Source: Promethearchaeota archaeon (GTDB lineage Archaea > Asgardarchaeota > Hermodarchaeia > Hermodarchaeales > Hermodarchaeaceae). Taken from it: a stretch of DNA of 32,000 bases. The notes under the pieces are model-generated. The model saw nothing but the letters and a program-made list of their open reading frames with translations, did no database searches and had not been told where the DNA came from. Location: positions 11,796 through 43,795 of the forward strand of contig JBHLMI010000020.1 of the NCBI GenBank assembly GCA_048938295.1. The letters are read 5' to 3'. Made by a program: the position numbers and the translations under genes. Shown here piece after piece: positions 1-8,231 of this stretch; position 1 is the first letter of the stretch, and each line of letters opens with the position of its first letter.

Positions 1-533
1 CCTAATTGATCATCATGAACCATATTTGGTCTATTGTACCAGAAACCAATTAGAGCATAGGAGCAAAGTCCGACGATTTCCCAACCAATAAAAGTCTGCA
101 GCAGGTTATTTGCCATGACTAGAAGGACAATGCCTCCTATGAAAAATAGCATAAAGAACCAATAACGTGTGAGTGAAGAGTCACCTTTCATGTAACCAAG
201 ACTGTAAACGAGAATAAGGAAGCTGATTGAAGACGCTAGAACGGCCATGAAAACTGAAAGTGGATCTACCAAGACACCCCATTCGAATGTAGCGAAGCCG
301 GGGATTGCTATCCAGGGGATGGCCTCTTCATACCAAAGTATAGGCGGATTGTTTATCCAGGCTGTCCCAAACATAATATCAGGAATCATGGAGATTGCCA
401 TGATCATAGCGAGAAAGCCAAACACGATGGCCCCATAATCACGTACTTTTGGATGAATTTTCGCAAAGACTGGTGTCAAGAGAGCACCAATAAGTGGTAA
501 TAACCAGCAAAGCCAAGCAGCATAAGGTAACAT
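1..533 (-). CDS. nuoL: NuoL/MrpA-like antiporter subunit of a complex I-like membrane oxidoreductase (5' part; runs off the window)
   Basis: Not in the ORF track. Hand translation from ATG at 533: MLPYAAWLCWLLPLIGALL...GVLVDPLSVFM...YSLGYM...RYWFFMLFFIGGIVLLVMANNLLQTFIGWEIVGLCSYALIGFWY, the NuoL/ND5 N-terminal signature. SD GGGGTGA upstream; follows nuoK. Confidence 0.93.
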   Translation of the reverse strand, partial: MLPYAAWLCWLLPLIGALLTPVFAKIHPKVRDYGAIVFGFLAMIMAISMIPDIMFGTAWINNPPILWYEEAIPWIAIPGFATFEWGVLVDPLSVFMAVLASSISFLILVYSLGYMKGDSSLTRYWFFMLFFIGGIVLLVMANNLLQTFIGWEIVGLCSYALIGFWYNRPNMVHDDQL

Positions 534-552
534 TTTTTCTTTTCACCCCAAG

Positions 553-888
553 TTAATGGCGTAGTTTGTTGAGTTTTCGGATGTCGAGAGTTCCGAATTT
601 GTTGTAAGCGCGAATGATGAAGGACAAGGCAATTGCTATGACACCACCGCCGATACAGATGCTGACGATGACAATTGCCTGAGCCATTAAGTCAATATAA
701 AAGCCCGACCAAGCCGTCGCAAAGGTAATGAAGTTCAAATGGGCTCCGTCAAGTAGCAATTCCAACGCGATGAGGAATTTGATCATGTTACGTTTTGTTG
801 CCATCCCATAGATGCCAACAGCGTACAGAAAAACCGCCAAGATAAGAAATACCTGCAATGGGACGCCTAAGATATCAAGATACGTCAT
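553..888 (-). CDS. nuoK: NuoK-like subunit
   Basis: Three TM helices with RNMIKFLIALELLL, the conserved Glu motif of NuoK/ND4L; lies between nuoJ and nuoL. Confidence 0.9.
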   Translation of the reverse strand: MTYLDILGVPLQVFLILAVFLYAVGIYGMATKRNMIKFLIALELLLDGAHLNFITFATAWSGFYIDLMAQAIVIVSICIGGGVIAIALSFIIRAYNKFGTLDIRKLNKLRH

Positions 889-894
889 CTTGTC

Positions 895-1218
895 TTACTC
901 CTTCTCCTCTGGTTTCGTCGATTCTTTCGTTACCTCATAGAAGAACGCGGAGCTAGCTAGAGCAGCTGCCAGCAAAAACACACTCAACAGGACCATATCG
1001 ATGCCACGATAATGCCACAGCATATTTCCCAGATATTGAATCATAGTATACACATCAACCTGCAAAGGTTGGATCGCTTCCACGAATCGTGATAACCACA
1101 ACGCTGGATTAACCACCACACTGGGGACTAAATAAAACCCAGCAGCCATCACAATTACCCAAGCAGCAATGACACCAAACAGGAAAGTGAGGATACAGCC
1201 AGCAACTTTGATTCTCAT
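895..1218 (-). CDS. NuoJ C-terminal half / MbhE-like membrane subunit (J2)
   Basis: Hydrophobic; LWHYRGIDMVLLSVFLLAAA resembles the NuoJ C-terminal and MbhE/MnhB YRGxD region; start overlaps the J1 stop; directly before nuoK. Confidence 0.7.
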   Translation of the reverse strand: MRIKVAGCILTFLFGVIAAWVIVMAAGFYLVPSVVVNPALWLSRFVEAIQPLQVDVYTMIQYLGNMLWHYRGIDMVLLSVFLLAAALASSAFFYEVTKESTKPEEKE

Positions 1219-1583
1219 CGGACGTCCTCCTCTTCAACTTCCCCAGTCCCACGACGCGTTGTTAATGAAATCCCTGCAATAATCAGAACTACCACGGCGC
1301 CACCGTATATGGCTAACTGGAAGAAGGCAACCCAGATGGCGAAGAGTAGCAGGTAGATGAGGGCTAAGGTTATGGCGGAGCCAGCGAGGTATAGTGCGGC
1401 GTATAGGAGATCCTTTTCTTCGATGGCCAGTATCGCAAACAATGCAGTCATGATGATGAGGAGGTATATGGTGATCACTCGGAGTCCGGGAAAGAACATG
1501 TCGAGTGCTACAAATAAAATCATAATAATGCCAAGAAGAGTAAGGCCAAGTAGAACAAGGAACGCAGTGCGTGATAATGACAT
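1215..1583 (-). CDS. nuoJ: NuoJ N-terminal half (J1)
   Basis: KDLLYAALYL...FFQLAIYGGAVVVL matches the NuoJ QxxxYxGAxxVL motif; split nuoJ is common in archaea. Confidence 0.8.
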   Translation of the reverse strand: MSLSRTAFLVLLGLTLLGIIMILFVALDMFFPGLRVITIYLLIIMTALFAILAIEEKDLLYAALYLAGSAITLALIYLLLFAIWVAFFQLAIYGGAVVVLIIAGISLTTRRGTGEVEEEDVR

Positions 1584-1672
1584 CGATAAGTCTCTCCGTC
1601 ACTGTGACTGAGGTCTAGACCCGCTCTTTGCTGTGTTCTGCTTAAAAGTGTGACTACAAGTTTGAACTTTTC

Positions 1673-2329
1673 TTGGTTGAACTGGAATCATGGTTTTTAT
1701 TCGGTGATTTGAGGCAAATGGTTATACGCAAAGAACCTCCCATCTTCTTGAGAAGCCTGTTTTCGGGAGGATTGCTGACAGTATCATTGCCACCAACTAT
1801 CTCAGTGTTTGGATACAAAGGGTCGGGCAAAACCATAGTGATCACACGCATTATTACTCACCTCGTTAAGCAAGGTAGGCGTGTTCTGAGCGCCAAACAT
1901 ATCGGTGAACCGGAATTTTCACTTGATTCTCCAGGAACTGATTCATTTCGCCATTTGGAAGCGGGTGCTGAAGCGACATTTCTTCATAGCAACGCTTCGA
2001 CTGCATTGTTGCTTCGTCAACCCATTGCCAATTTAACACAACTTCTGCAGTATAGCATCTCGGTTGTTCCTGCAGAAGTTATTTTGTTGGAAGGGTTTCG
2101 ATTTTGGACTCAGAAAGACCCGAATATTGCAAAGATTATCTGTGTTCGCACGATGGAGGAAGTAGCTGAATTCCAGGCAGAAACTGTGAGCCCGATATTG
2201 GGCCAATGCACTCTTGATCCGGATATTACATCAGTGATTCGCATTCCCGATGAGTTTCCATTCCTTTTGGAAGCTGTTGACAAATGGCTTCTAAACGCTC
2301 CATCAATTCCGATAGGTGAAAATGAATGA
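1673..2329 (+). CDS. mobB: Molybdopterin-guanine dinucleotide biosynthesis protein B (true start probably downstream, e.g. TTG near 1772)
   Basis: P-loop GYKGSGKT, then vKH (SAKHIG), DxPGTDSFRHLEAGA and LLEGF, all MobB motifs. Confidence 0.88.
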   Translation: MVELESWFLFGDLRQMVIRKEPPIFLRSLFSGGLLTVSLPPTISVFGYKGSGKTIVITRIITHLVKQGRRVLSAKHIGEPEFSLDSPGTDSFRHLEAGAEATFLHSNASTALLLRQPIANLTQLLQYSISVVPAEVILLEGFRFWTQKDPNIAKIICVRTMEEVAEFQAETVSPILGQCTLDPDITSVIRIPDEFPFLLEAVDKWLLNAPSIPIGENE

Positions 2330-2493
2330 CATCTAATGAGAAAAAAACAACCCTGGTTGTATTTGGTCGTGAAATTAATCTGAACGAGTATGTTGACAAG
2401 CTCCTGCAAACGGTGGTTCTAGCAGTAGTGTCAACCCTTCGAGCACCCAAGCCGAAGGGCACGGAGAAGGTCCGTATCGAAATCAGTGATTAG
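2326..2493 (+). CDS. 55-aa protein resembling the C-terminal domain of archaeal MobB, encoded separately
   Basis: Not in the ORF track. MTSNEKKTTLVVFGREINLNEYVDKLLQTVVLAVVSTLRAPKPKGTEKVRIEISD; ATGA overlap with the mobB stop; SD AGGTGA at about 2314. Confidence 0.7.
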   Translation: MTSNEKKTTLVVFGREINLNEYVDKLLQTVVLAVVSTLRAPKPKGTEKVRIEISD

Positions 2494-2535
2494 TCACAAA
2501 ACAGACTTAAAGAAAAGTTCCTGCGGGAGCAAGCC

Positions 2536-2544
2536 TTTTAAATA
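2536..2544 (+). promoter_or_regulatory. Probable TATA box of nuoABC
   Basis: TTTTAAATA about 40 nt upstream of the nuoA start. Confidence 0.45.
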
Positions 2545-2581
2545 AAGCCATACCTTGAACTGCTAACAAGCCATAGAACCT

Positions 2582-2938
2582 GTGGTGAAAACGATAATGC
2601 AGGTTGATTATTTCAGTTGGCTGAATAACATCAGCAATATTGGCTGGTTCATTGCCGCCTTTGGCGTTATCCTACTGATTGTCCTTCTTATGTATTGGAT
2701 TGGCAAACGAATAGCTCCTAGTAACCCTACAAAGGAAAAACTTACCACTTATGCCTGTGGTGAAGACCTTCCCGCCATAAAAGCTCAGGTTCACACGCAT
2801 CTAATCCGATATGCTGTCTATTTCACAATCTTTGACATCGTCGCATTCGTGCTGGCCACATCAATGAGTGTCCTCGGGTGGGTTCCAATTATCTTTCTCA
2901 CTATCGCGTTTCTGGCGATAATCATCCTGCGAAAATAA
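2582..2938 (+). CDS. nuoA: NuoA-like subunit
   Basis: TM - K..TYACGE loop - YAVYFTIFD - TM, as in NuoA/ND3; precedes nuoB. Confidence 0.88.
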   Translation: MVKTIMQVDYFSWLNNISNIGWFIAAFGVILLIVLLMYWIGKRIAPSNPTKEKLTTYACGEDLPAIKAQVHTHLIRYAVYFTIFDIVAFVLATSMSVLGWVPIIFLTIAFLAIIILRK

Positions 2939-2955
2939 ACGAAGAGGTAAACAGA

Positions 2956-3390
2956 ATGGGAATCGTTGATAAAATCGTAACCTGGGCACGCATCAAATCC
3001 CCTTGGGTGCTCCATCTGAATTCAGGTGGATGCAACGGATGCGACATCGAAATCCTCGATGCACTTACACCTCGGTATGATTTAGAAAGGTTTGGCGTCC
3101 TCCTAAAGGGCAGTCCGCGCCACGCTGATGTGCTTCTTTGTAGTGGGCCAATCACCAAACAAGTCGTGGAACGTTTTCTGAGAATCTATAACCAGACTCC
3201 GGATCCAAAATTCGTAGTTGGTATTGGGTCTTGCACGATGTCAGGTGGTGTGTTCCGGCAGTGCTATAATGTTGCTGGTGGCCTTGAAGACGTCATTCCC
3301 GTGGATGCATGGATTCCAGGATGCCCACCGAAACCAGAAGCAATCATCTATGGCGTTGCGGCTCTATTGGGTAAATTAGCAGGTTCATGA
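2956..3390 (+). CDS. nuoB: NuoB/EchC/MbhJ-family Fe-S small subunit (group-4 hydrogenase-type Cys pattern)
   Basis: GGCNGCDIE, SPRHADVLL, GSCTMSGGVF, IPGCPPKPE; start refined to ATG 2956 (SD GAGGT). Confidence 0.92.
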   Translation: MGIVDKIVTWARIKSPWVLHLNSGGCNGCDIEILDALTPRYDLERFGVLLKGSPRHADVLLCSGPITKQVVERFLRIYNQTPDPKFVVGIGSCTMSGGVFRQCYNVAGGLEDVIPVDAWIPGCPPKPEAIIYGVAALLGKLAGS

Positions 3391-3423
3391 GTTTCTGATG
3401 GAATTGATGGAGGAAGCAGATAT

Positions 3424-3921
3424 ATGGCTGAAGAAGAAAAACCCCCGAAGAAGCCCACAAAAAAAGAAGGAGAAATGATGGCTCAGTTTGAAAAGGCTAT
3501 GGGCGATGATTTCATTTCTTCAGAATTTTTACGAGAGCACAGCATCTATGTGACTGTCAAGGCTGAAGCTGTACGAAAGGCGGTTGATTGGATGAAGACT
3601 GAATGGGGATTAACCCATCTTTCCACAATAACGGGAATGGATCTTCGAGGTGAACTAGCTGTCGTTTATCACTTCGAGGTTAAAGCCGTGTCTGTGAGCT
3701 TACACATCCAAGTGCCTACCTCCCACCCGGAAGTTGATTCAATTACGCCACTGATTCCTGGTGCAGTCCTTTACGAACGCGAGGTCCATGATCTTTTAGG
3801 CGTCAAGTTCAGGGGACACCCGAACCTCGCCCGGCTTATCTTACCCGAAGATTGGCCCAAAGATGTCTATCCATTACGCAAGGACTGGGAATCACCACGT
3901 CTTGATAAGCCAGAGAAGTAA
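3424..3921 (+). CDS. nuoC: NuoC-like subunit (complex I 30-kDa family)
   Basis: LSTITGMD, LYEREVHDLLGVKFRGHPNLARLILPEDW...YPLRKDW. Confidence 0.93.
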   Translation: MAEEEKPPKKPTKKEGEMMAQFEKAMGDDFISSEFLREHSIYVTVKAEAVRKAVDWMKTEWGLTHLSTITGMDLRGELAVVYHFEVKAVSVSLHIQVPTSHPEVDSITPLIPGAVLYEREVHDLLGVKFRGHPNLARLILPEDWPKDVYPLRKDWESPRLDKPEK

Positions 3922-3927
3922 TCAGTC

Positions 3928-3973
3928 TTCCATTGATATTCTCAGTCATTTTCAATGAGAGTCGATAATGGAA
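3928..3973. terminator. Imperfect stem-loop between convergent nuoC and mtd
   Basis: TTCCATT (3928-3934) pairs with AATGGAA (3967-3973); inner CTC/GAG and TCATT/AATGA stems. Confidence 0.4.
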
Positions 3974-4005
3974 ATGCAATTGAGATGTTTAGGTTACACT
4001 ATTAG

Positions 4006-4854
4006 CTATTTGGGTTTCTCGGGTTTGGTACCAAGTTTTGATATGGTGCCGACTGTACCATCGTTGAAGTGCGGTGAACGGTGTAAGCTATCGCCATATT
4101 TTTCGATTTCCCGGGCTTCATCCGCAAGACGCGCAGCAGTTCGCATCATTTCATGGGCACTGGCCACAAGGGGAATATACTTCTCGTGTTCTTTCTCTTT
4201 GAAACAGCCGTTCACGTTGATAGGGGCTACTGCAACTGCCATTTCGTAAGCTGCCATCGCTTTTGCTTTTGCGTAGGGATTGGTAAAGTTACCCGCATTG
4301 ACAGCGCGTGTGGCATTAATTATGAGGGTTGGAAGTGTGGGCGCTTTACCAGTAGCGATAGTGGTGATAACCTCATCTAGGGCTAGCTGTACTCGTCGAA
4401 GGGCGCCGGTCGCTGCTAAAACCCGAACCACATCAGCATTGAAGAGCGCCATTTCAGTGGGATCCAAGAATTCACGTCGTGCTCCAATCATCGAGTCAGC
4501 TGGAAGGAGGATATATCCAAATCCTGCTTCGGCTAGGGATTCACGTTGATCCTTGGGTAATAGATCAGAGAGTAAGATGACAGGAATTCCTGCTTCCTTT
4601 ATGAGGGTTCTGGCTTTCGCTGGCCCTTTGAGTGCCGCGTTGGGGCTTGGAATGAGTACGAGATGTGGTTTTTGTTCGATAAGCAATTTCGCGCTGCGTT
4701 CTGCAGCAGCTTCGTCCATCTTGGCACCGGAGCCAATTAATATAACATCGAAGTTCTCGCGTTCTGCGCGTTCATCGAAAAGAAGTTCGAGTAATGGTGA
4801 TGCTCCGATGTTACCGAGTTTGAGGACACCGAGGAGAAAGGGTGAGGAACTCAA
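4006..4854 (-). CDS. mtd: F420-dependent methylene-H4MPT dehydrogenase
   Basis: GVLKLGNIGAS...LFDERAERE...GSGAKM, SPNAALKGP, DSMIGARREFLDPTEMALFNAD, SAHEMMR...AREIEK: diagnostic Mtd motifs. Confidence 0.97.
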   Translation of the reverse strand: MSSSPFLLGVLKLGNIGASPLLELLFDERAERENFDVILIGSGAKMDEAAAERSAKLLIEQKPHLVLIPSPNAALKGPAKARTLIKEAGIPVILLSDLLPKDQRESLAEAGFGYILLPADSMIGARREFLDPTEMALFNADVVRVLAATGALRRVQLALDEVITTIATGKAPTLPTLIINATRAVNAGNFTNPYAKAKAMAAYEMAVAVAPINVNGCFKEKEHEKYIPLVASAHEMMRTAARLADEAREIEKYGDSLHRSPHFNDGTVGTISKLGTKPEKPK

Positions 4855-4962
4855 TGTTTAACCACCAATTAATTCTGATTAGGTATAGTGACTAACAGCT
4901 TCTGGCGTGGTCTACTGAAAAAAGTGTTTACCTTCAAAGGAATAAGTTGGGTAGAGTAGTGT

Positions 4963-6012
4963 TTAGTGAGGCGCTTTGATTTTTTGTGTTGCGATTTTTC
5001 GTAGTTGGTCCAGTCTTTCATCAACTAGTTCTTCATGTAAAAATAGGCTTTTAGCGATCATCTCTTCAATTACAGCTTGCCCCTGTTCAGTACGAACGAG
5101 AACTGAAGACCATTTGCCTGGAGTGCCTGCTCCACCCACGGAAATGTCTGCGAATTCGGAGGCAAAGTCCTTGCACCCATAACAGCCTGGGTCAACCCAG
5201 CCTTTCGCTTCGTTCAATGGAATTTCCAGCGATTCTTCGCCACCTCGAGGATAAACGAGTAGTTTGCCTTTGATGTCGAGTTTCCGTAGGTTCGCCAAAG
5301 GTACGTCGAGTTCACCAACGATTTTGTCTTCCATGAGTTCCTTGAATTTGAAAACTTCACTACAGAATAACCCGATGGTCATGACTACAGTTCGATCTAC
5401 TTTCTTTAGTGGGGCTAGCCGCATCCGTTGGATAGCCTGAATGTGGCAAGGTGTGCCTACGACGGCAACTTGTTTAAGTTTCAACTCTTTCATGGCATGC
5501 TTAAGAGCTACAAGATTTGCTGATCGTGTATATCGTGACTTGGCAGCAGATATGATGTCTGTGCGGGTCGTTGCGACCATTGGCTTGGGTTTCCAGGGCT
5601 CGTTAGGGTTAATTCCAGAAACGATAGCCCCCTCGATAGCGCCAGTCTCAAGTAGGTAAATAAGAATTGCTGTGACGATGCCACCATCCTGGGCTCGCTT
5701 TCGTATTGATTCATCCGCGTTTCGTAAAGCATAAGCTTGACGAAATACGCCGAGGACTGGATCCCTGTGCACATTTTCCCCATATACTATTGGATAGATA
5801 GCAGAATAATCGTCAATCATTCGGGGACAAGATTTCCAGCAGAACTCACACTTCGTACAATCTTTCACGAGTGTGGGGCGGAGATTTTGGAGTTCAATCG
5901 CTCCGATGGGACAGGCTGCTTCGCAGCCACCACAGCTGCAGCATTTCGCGGCATTAATCACATTGACCTCTAGGTGCTCGAACCCAAGCTTTTCAGTACT
6001 CAACGGTCTCAC
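4963..6012 (-). CDS. FrhB/FpoF-family F420-binding flavoprotein with an N-terminal 2x[4Fe-4S] domain
   Basis: CCSCGGCEAACP and CTKCEFCWKSCP ferredoxin motifs; AQDGGIVT, VVGTPCHIQA, IGLFCSE, GCYGCKDF..EFADISVG. Confidence 0.9.
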   Translation of the reverse strand: MRPLSTEKLGFEHLEVNVINAAKCCSCGGCEAACPIGAIELQNLRPTLVKDCTKCEFCWKSCPRMIDDYSAIYPIVYGENVHRDPVLGVFRQAYALRNADESIRKRAQDGGIVTAILIYLLETGAIEGAIVSGINPNEPWKPKPMVATTRTDIISAAKSRYTRSANLVALKHAMKELKLKQVAVVGTPCHIQAIQRMRLAPLKKVDRTVVMTIGLFCSEVFKFKELMEDKIVGELDVPLANLRKLDIKGKLLVYPRGGEESLEIPLNEAKGWVDPGCYGCKDFASEFADISVGGAGTPGKWSSVLVRTEQGQAVIEEMIAKSLFLHEELVDERLDQLRKIATQKIKAPH

Positions 6013-6096
6013 CGTTAATCAAAACGCTGTTGTAAAGACAAAAAGGAAGTCTGCCTACTTAAACTTGACAGACAGACCGAACTCGATAAAATAGAG

Positions 6097-6546
6097 CTAG
6101 TCGAGTTGCCTTATTTTGGATTCAACATGCATTTTACTGGCAACTGACCGAGAGACGTGACAATATTTCTCGGTTAAAGTCACTGCTCGTTGGACCTGTT
6201 GAAGGTTTGCCTCTTTGGGTATAGTGATGTTCATGGTGACGTAGATGTCGGAGAAATACCACCCTCCTTCAGGATGCTGACGTAATACTGCACGTCCCAG
6301 AGCTTGATGGGCTATTAGTGGTTGTTTCATTCGTTTCATCATACTAGCAAAGGTGGTGATATAACATCCCGTGACTGCGGACACGAAGAGATCCTGTGGT
6401 GAATAAACATCAGGTTTTCCATCCCAATAAACCGGCGCACTTATTGGCAACTCCGTTTTTCCAACTAAGCTGATGGTGCCTTCCTTGCCTCCGGTCCAAG
6501 TGACGGTTACATCAAATTCAATGGTTTTTGGTGTCTCGTCACCCAT
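6097..6546 (-). CDS. OsmC/Ohr family protein
   Basis: SPQDLFVSAVTGC...TEKYCHVSRS two-Cys OsmC pattern; start refined to ATG 6546. Confidence 0.88.
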   Translation of the reverse strand: MGDETPKTIEFDVTVTWTGGKEGTISLVGKTELPISAPVYWDGKPDVYSPQDLFVSAVTGCYITTFASMMKRMKQPLIAHQALGRAVLRQHPEGGWYFSDIYVTMNITIPKEANLQQVQRAVTLTEKYCHVSRSVASKMHVESKIRQLD

Positions 6547-6701
6547 TGATGATCCCTTCCTCGGCACTGACTTACTCGGGGTTTTTAGCTCTTCGGGAGA
6601 TTCGAACCGTCGGTAAAGATGCAACTGCGAAAGAAGTATTAGGTATCCTATATGACAGAATGTGTACTTTAGAGAGTATAGATAGAATTGAGGAGCTTAC
6701 A

Positions 6702-7823
6702 ATGACAGGAAGTTTCGCTAATATGGATCCCTTGGAAGTGCAAAAGGCCTTCCGAGATGCTGAACTTGCACAGAAAGCAGCGCAGAGAATCAAAGAACTA
6801 GCGAAGACGCGTTCCTTCAAGTTTATGCATCTGTGTGGAACACACGAGTATACTATTACACATTCGGGGCTTCGCCAGCTGTTACCTGAGAACGTGGAAT
6901 TAATCGCTGGTCCAGGATGTCCTGTTTGTGTCTGCCCACCTGAAGATGTCGCATTAGCAATTATGGTGGCAAAGCAGCCCAATGCCCTACTCACCACTTA
7001 CGGGGATATGATGCGAGTCCCAGCAGGTGACCTTGGGTCATTGAATACAGCACGCACCCAAGGAGCTCATGTGCAGGTCGTGTACAGCATGATGGATGCA
7101 ATCATTGCTGCTAAAGAACATCCCGACAAAGAAGTCGTCCACTTTGCAATTGGCTTTGAAACGACAACGCCTCCAACCGCTGCAGAAATTCTGGGAGATC
7201 CCCCCACAAATTTCAGTGTCTTGGTAAGTCATCGTCTCATTCCACCCGCTGAAGAATTTCTGCTTAAACAGGGCGAGGTCGGATTGCACGGTTTTCTTCT
7301 ACCAGGTCATGTTTCTGTCATCATTGGCGAGCAGGGATACGAGCACATATCTAAACGATGGAAAGTTCCTCAGGTTGTTGCTGGGTTTGAACCTTTGGAT
7401 GTGCTACTCGCCCTTGTGATGTTATTACAGCAAATTAAAGATGGTCGTGGAGAGGTTGAAAACGAATACACACGCGCTGTTACCTACGAAGGGAACGTCC
7501 GAGCCCAACAAATGATTGAACAAGTGTTCCAGCCAGTAGACTCACGGTGGCGTGGAATTGGTGTCATTCCGGAATCGGGTCTAGCCTTGCGTGAGAAATA
7601 CATGAATTTCGATGTGCGAACACGGTTTGAGATAGAAGTGGAACCACAAAAATATGAAATGCCTCCTGGATGTAAATGTGGTGAGGTGCTCCGTGGTATT
7701 ATGAGACCTGAGGAATGTCCACTCTTTGGGAACAAGTGTACACCGGAAAACCCCATTGGACCCTGTATGGTGTCTACGGAGGGGACTTGCAGTGTTGTTT
7801 ATGGGGCGCAGATGATTCCTTAG
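6702..7823 (+). CDS. hypD: [NiFe]-hydrogenase maturation protein HypD
   Basis: HLCGTHE, GPGCPVCV, GFETT, PGHVS, GFEPLD, CxCG..L.G...P.ECPLFG..C.P..P.GPCMVS.EG.C; start refined to ATG 6702 (SD GAGGAG). Confidence 0.97.
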   Translation: MTGSFANMDPLEVQKAFRDAELAQKAAQRIKELAKTRSFKFMHLCGTHEYTITHSGLRQLLPENVELIAGPGCPVCVCPPEDVALAIMVAKQPNALLTTYGDMMRVPAGDLGSLNTARTQGAHVQVVYSMMDAIIAAKEHPDKEVVHFAIGFETTTPPTAAEILGDPPTNFSVLVSHRLIPPAEEFLLKQGEVGLHGFLLPGHVSVIIGEQGYEHISKRWKVPQVVAGFEPLDVLLALVMLLQQIKDGRGEVENEYTRAVTYEGNVRAQQMIEQVFQPVDSRWRGIGVIPESGLALREKYMNFDVRTRFEIEVEPQKYEMPPGCKCGEVLRGIMRPEECPLFGNKCTPENPIGPCMVSTEGTCSVVYGAQMIP

Positions 7824-8163
7824 GTTTGTTCAGATAAGTTGCGAGAATGGTTTTGTGAAACCCGGGACTTTGAACCCATTTTTCCGCTAGTCGTTCAACT
7901 TCAATCACCTTTTCCCGGAGATAACGGTCGACAATAATTTCACGCTGAATATTTGGAATCCCTTGATTTTGCCAGAAGGTGTCCCGGATTTTCGGTGTGA
8001 TTGGTTGGGGAGTGTTAGTATTATCCTGCTCAAGGGTAAACCGGGCTAGTTGTGCAGCGAGTAGCTTTGAGTCGGTGTAGAGAATTCGTCCACGAATCCA
8101 GAGTCGACATTTAGCGCGTCCTATGCAAGGACCATGGACAGTTGGACAAAACACCACAATCAA
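7774..8163 (-). CDS. Hypothetical protein with an N-terminal C-x6-C-x5-C-xx-W motif
   Basis: Open 129-aa frame co-oriented with the upstream ORF; overlaps the hypD 3' end by 50 nt, so the C-terminus is uncertain. Confidence 0.45.
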   Translation of the reverse strand: MIVVFCPTVHGPCIGRAKCRLWIRGRILYTDSKLLAAQLARFTLEQDNTNTPQPITPKIRDTFWQNQGIPNIQREIIVDRYLREKVIEVERLAEKWVQSPGFHKTILATYLNKPKESSAPHKQHCKSPP

Positions 8164-8231
8164 TCACCGAAGGTTATCGTCGCAAGGTCAAAGATGAGAT
8201 AAAACTTTTCGTATGATCAGTTTCATGTTCA

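Noticed and set aside
247-438. 63-aa plus-strand ORF
   Set aside because: Antisense shadow of nuoL, which is clearly encoded on the minus strand.
2878-2955. N-terminal extension of the nuoB ORF in the track
   Set aside because: Overlaps nuoA; a good SD and ATG at 2956 give the conserved start.
6636-6654. TAGG-TAT-CCTA palindrome between osmC and hypD as a second copy of the ferritin operator
   Set aside because: Only 4-bp arms and no match to TTCTTAAC; expected by chance.
6528-6701. 58-codon extension of hypD overlapping the osmC start
   Set aside because: This is the divergent promoter region; ATG 6702 has an SD and matches typical HypD length.
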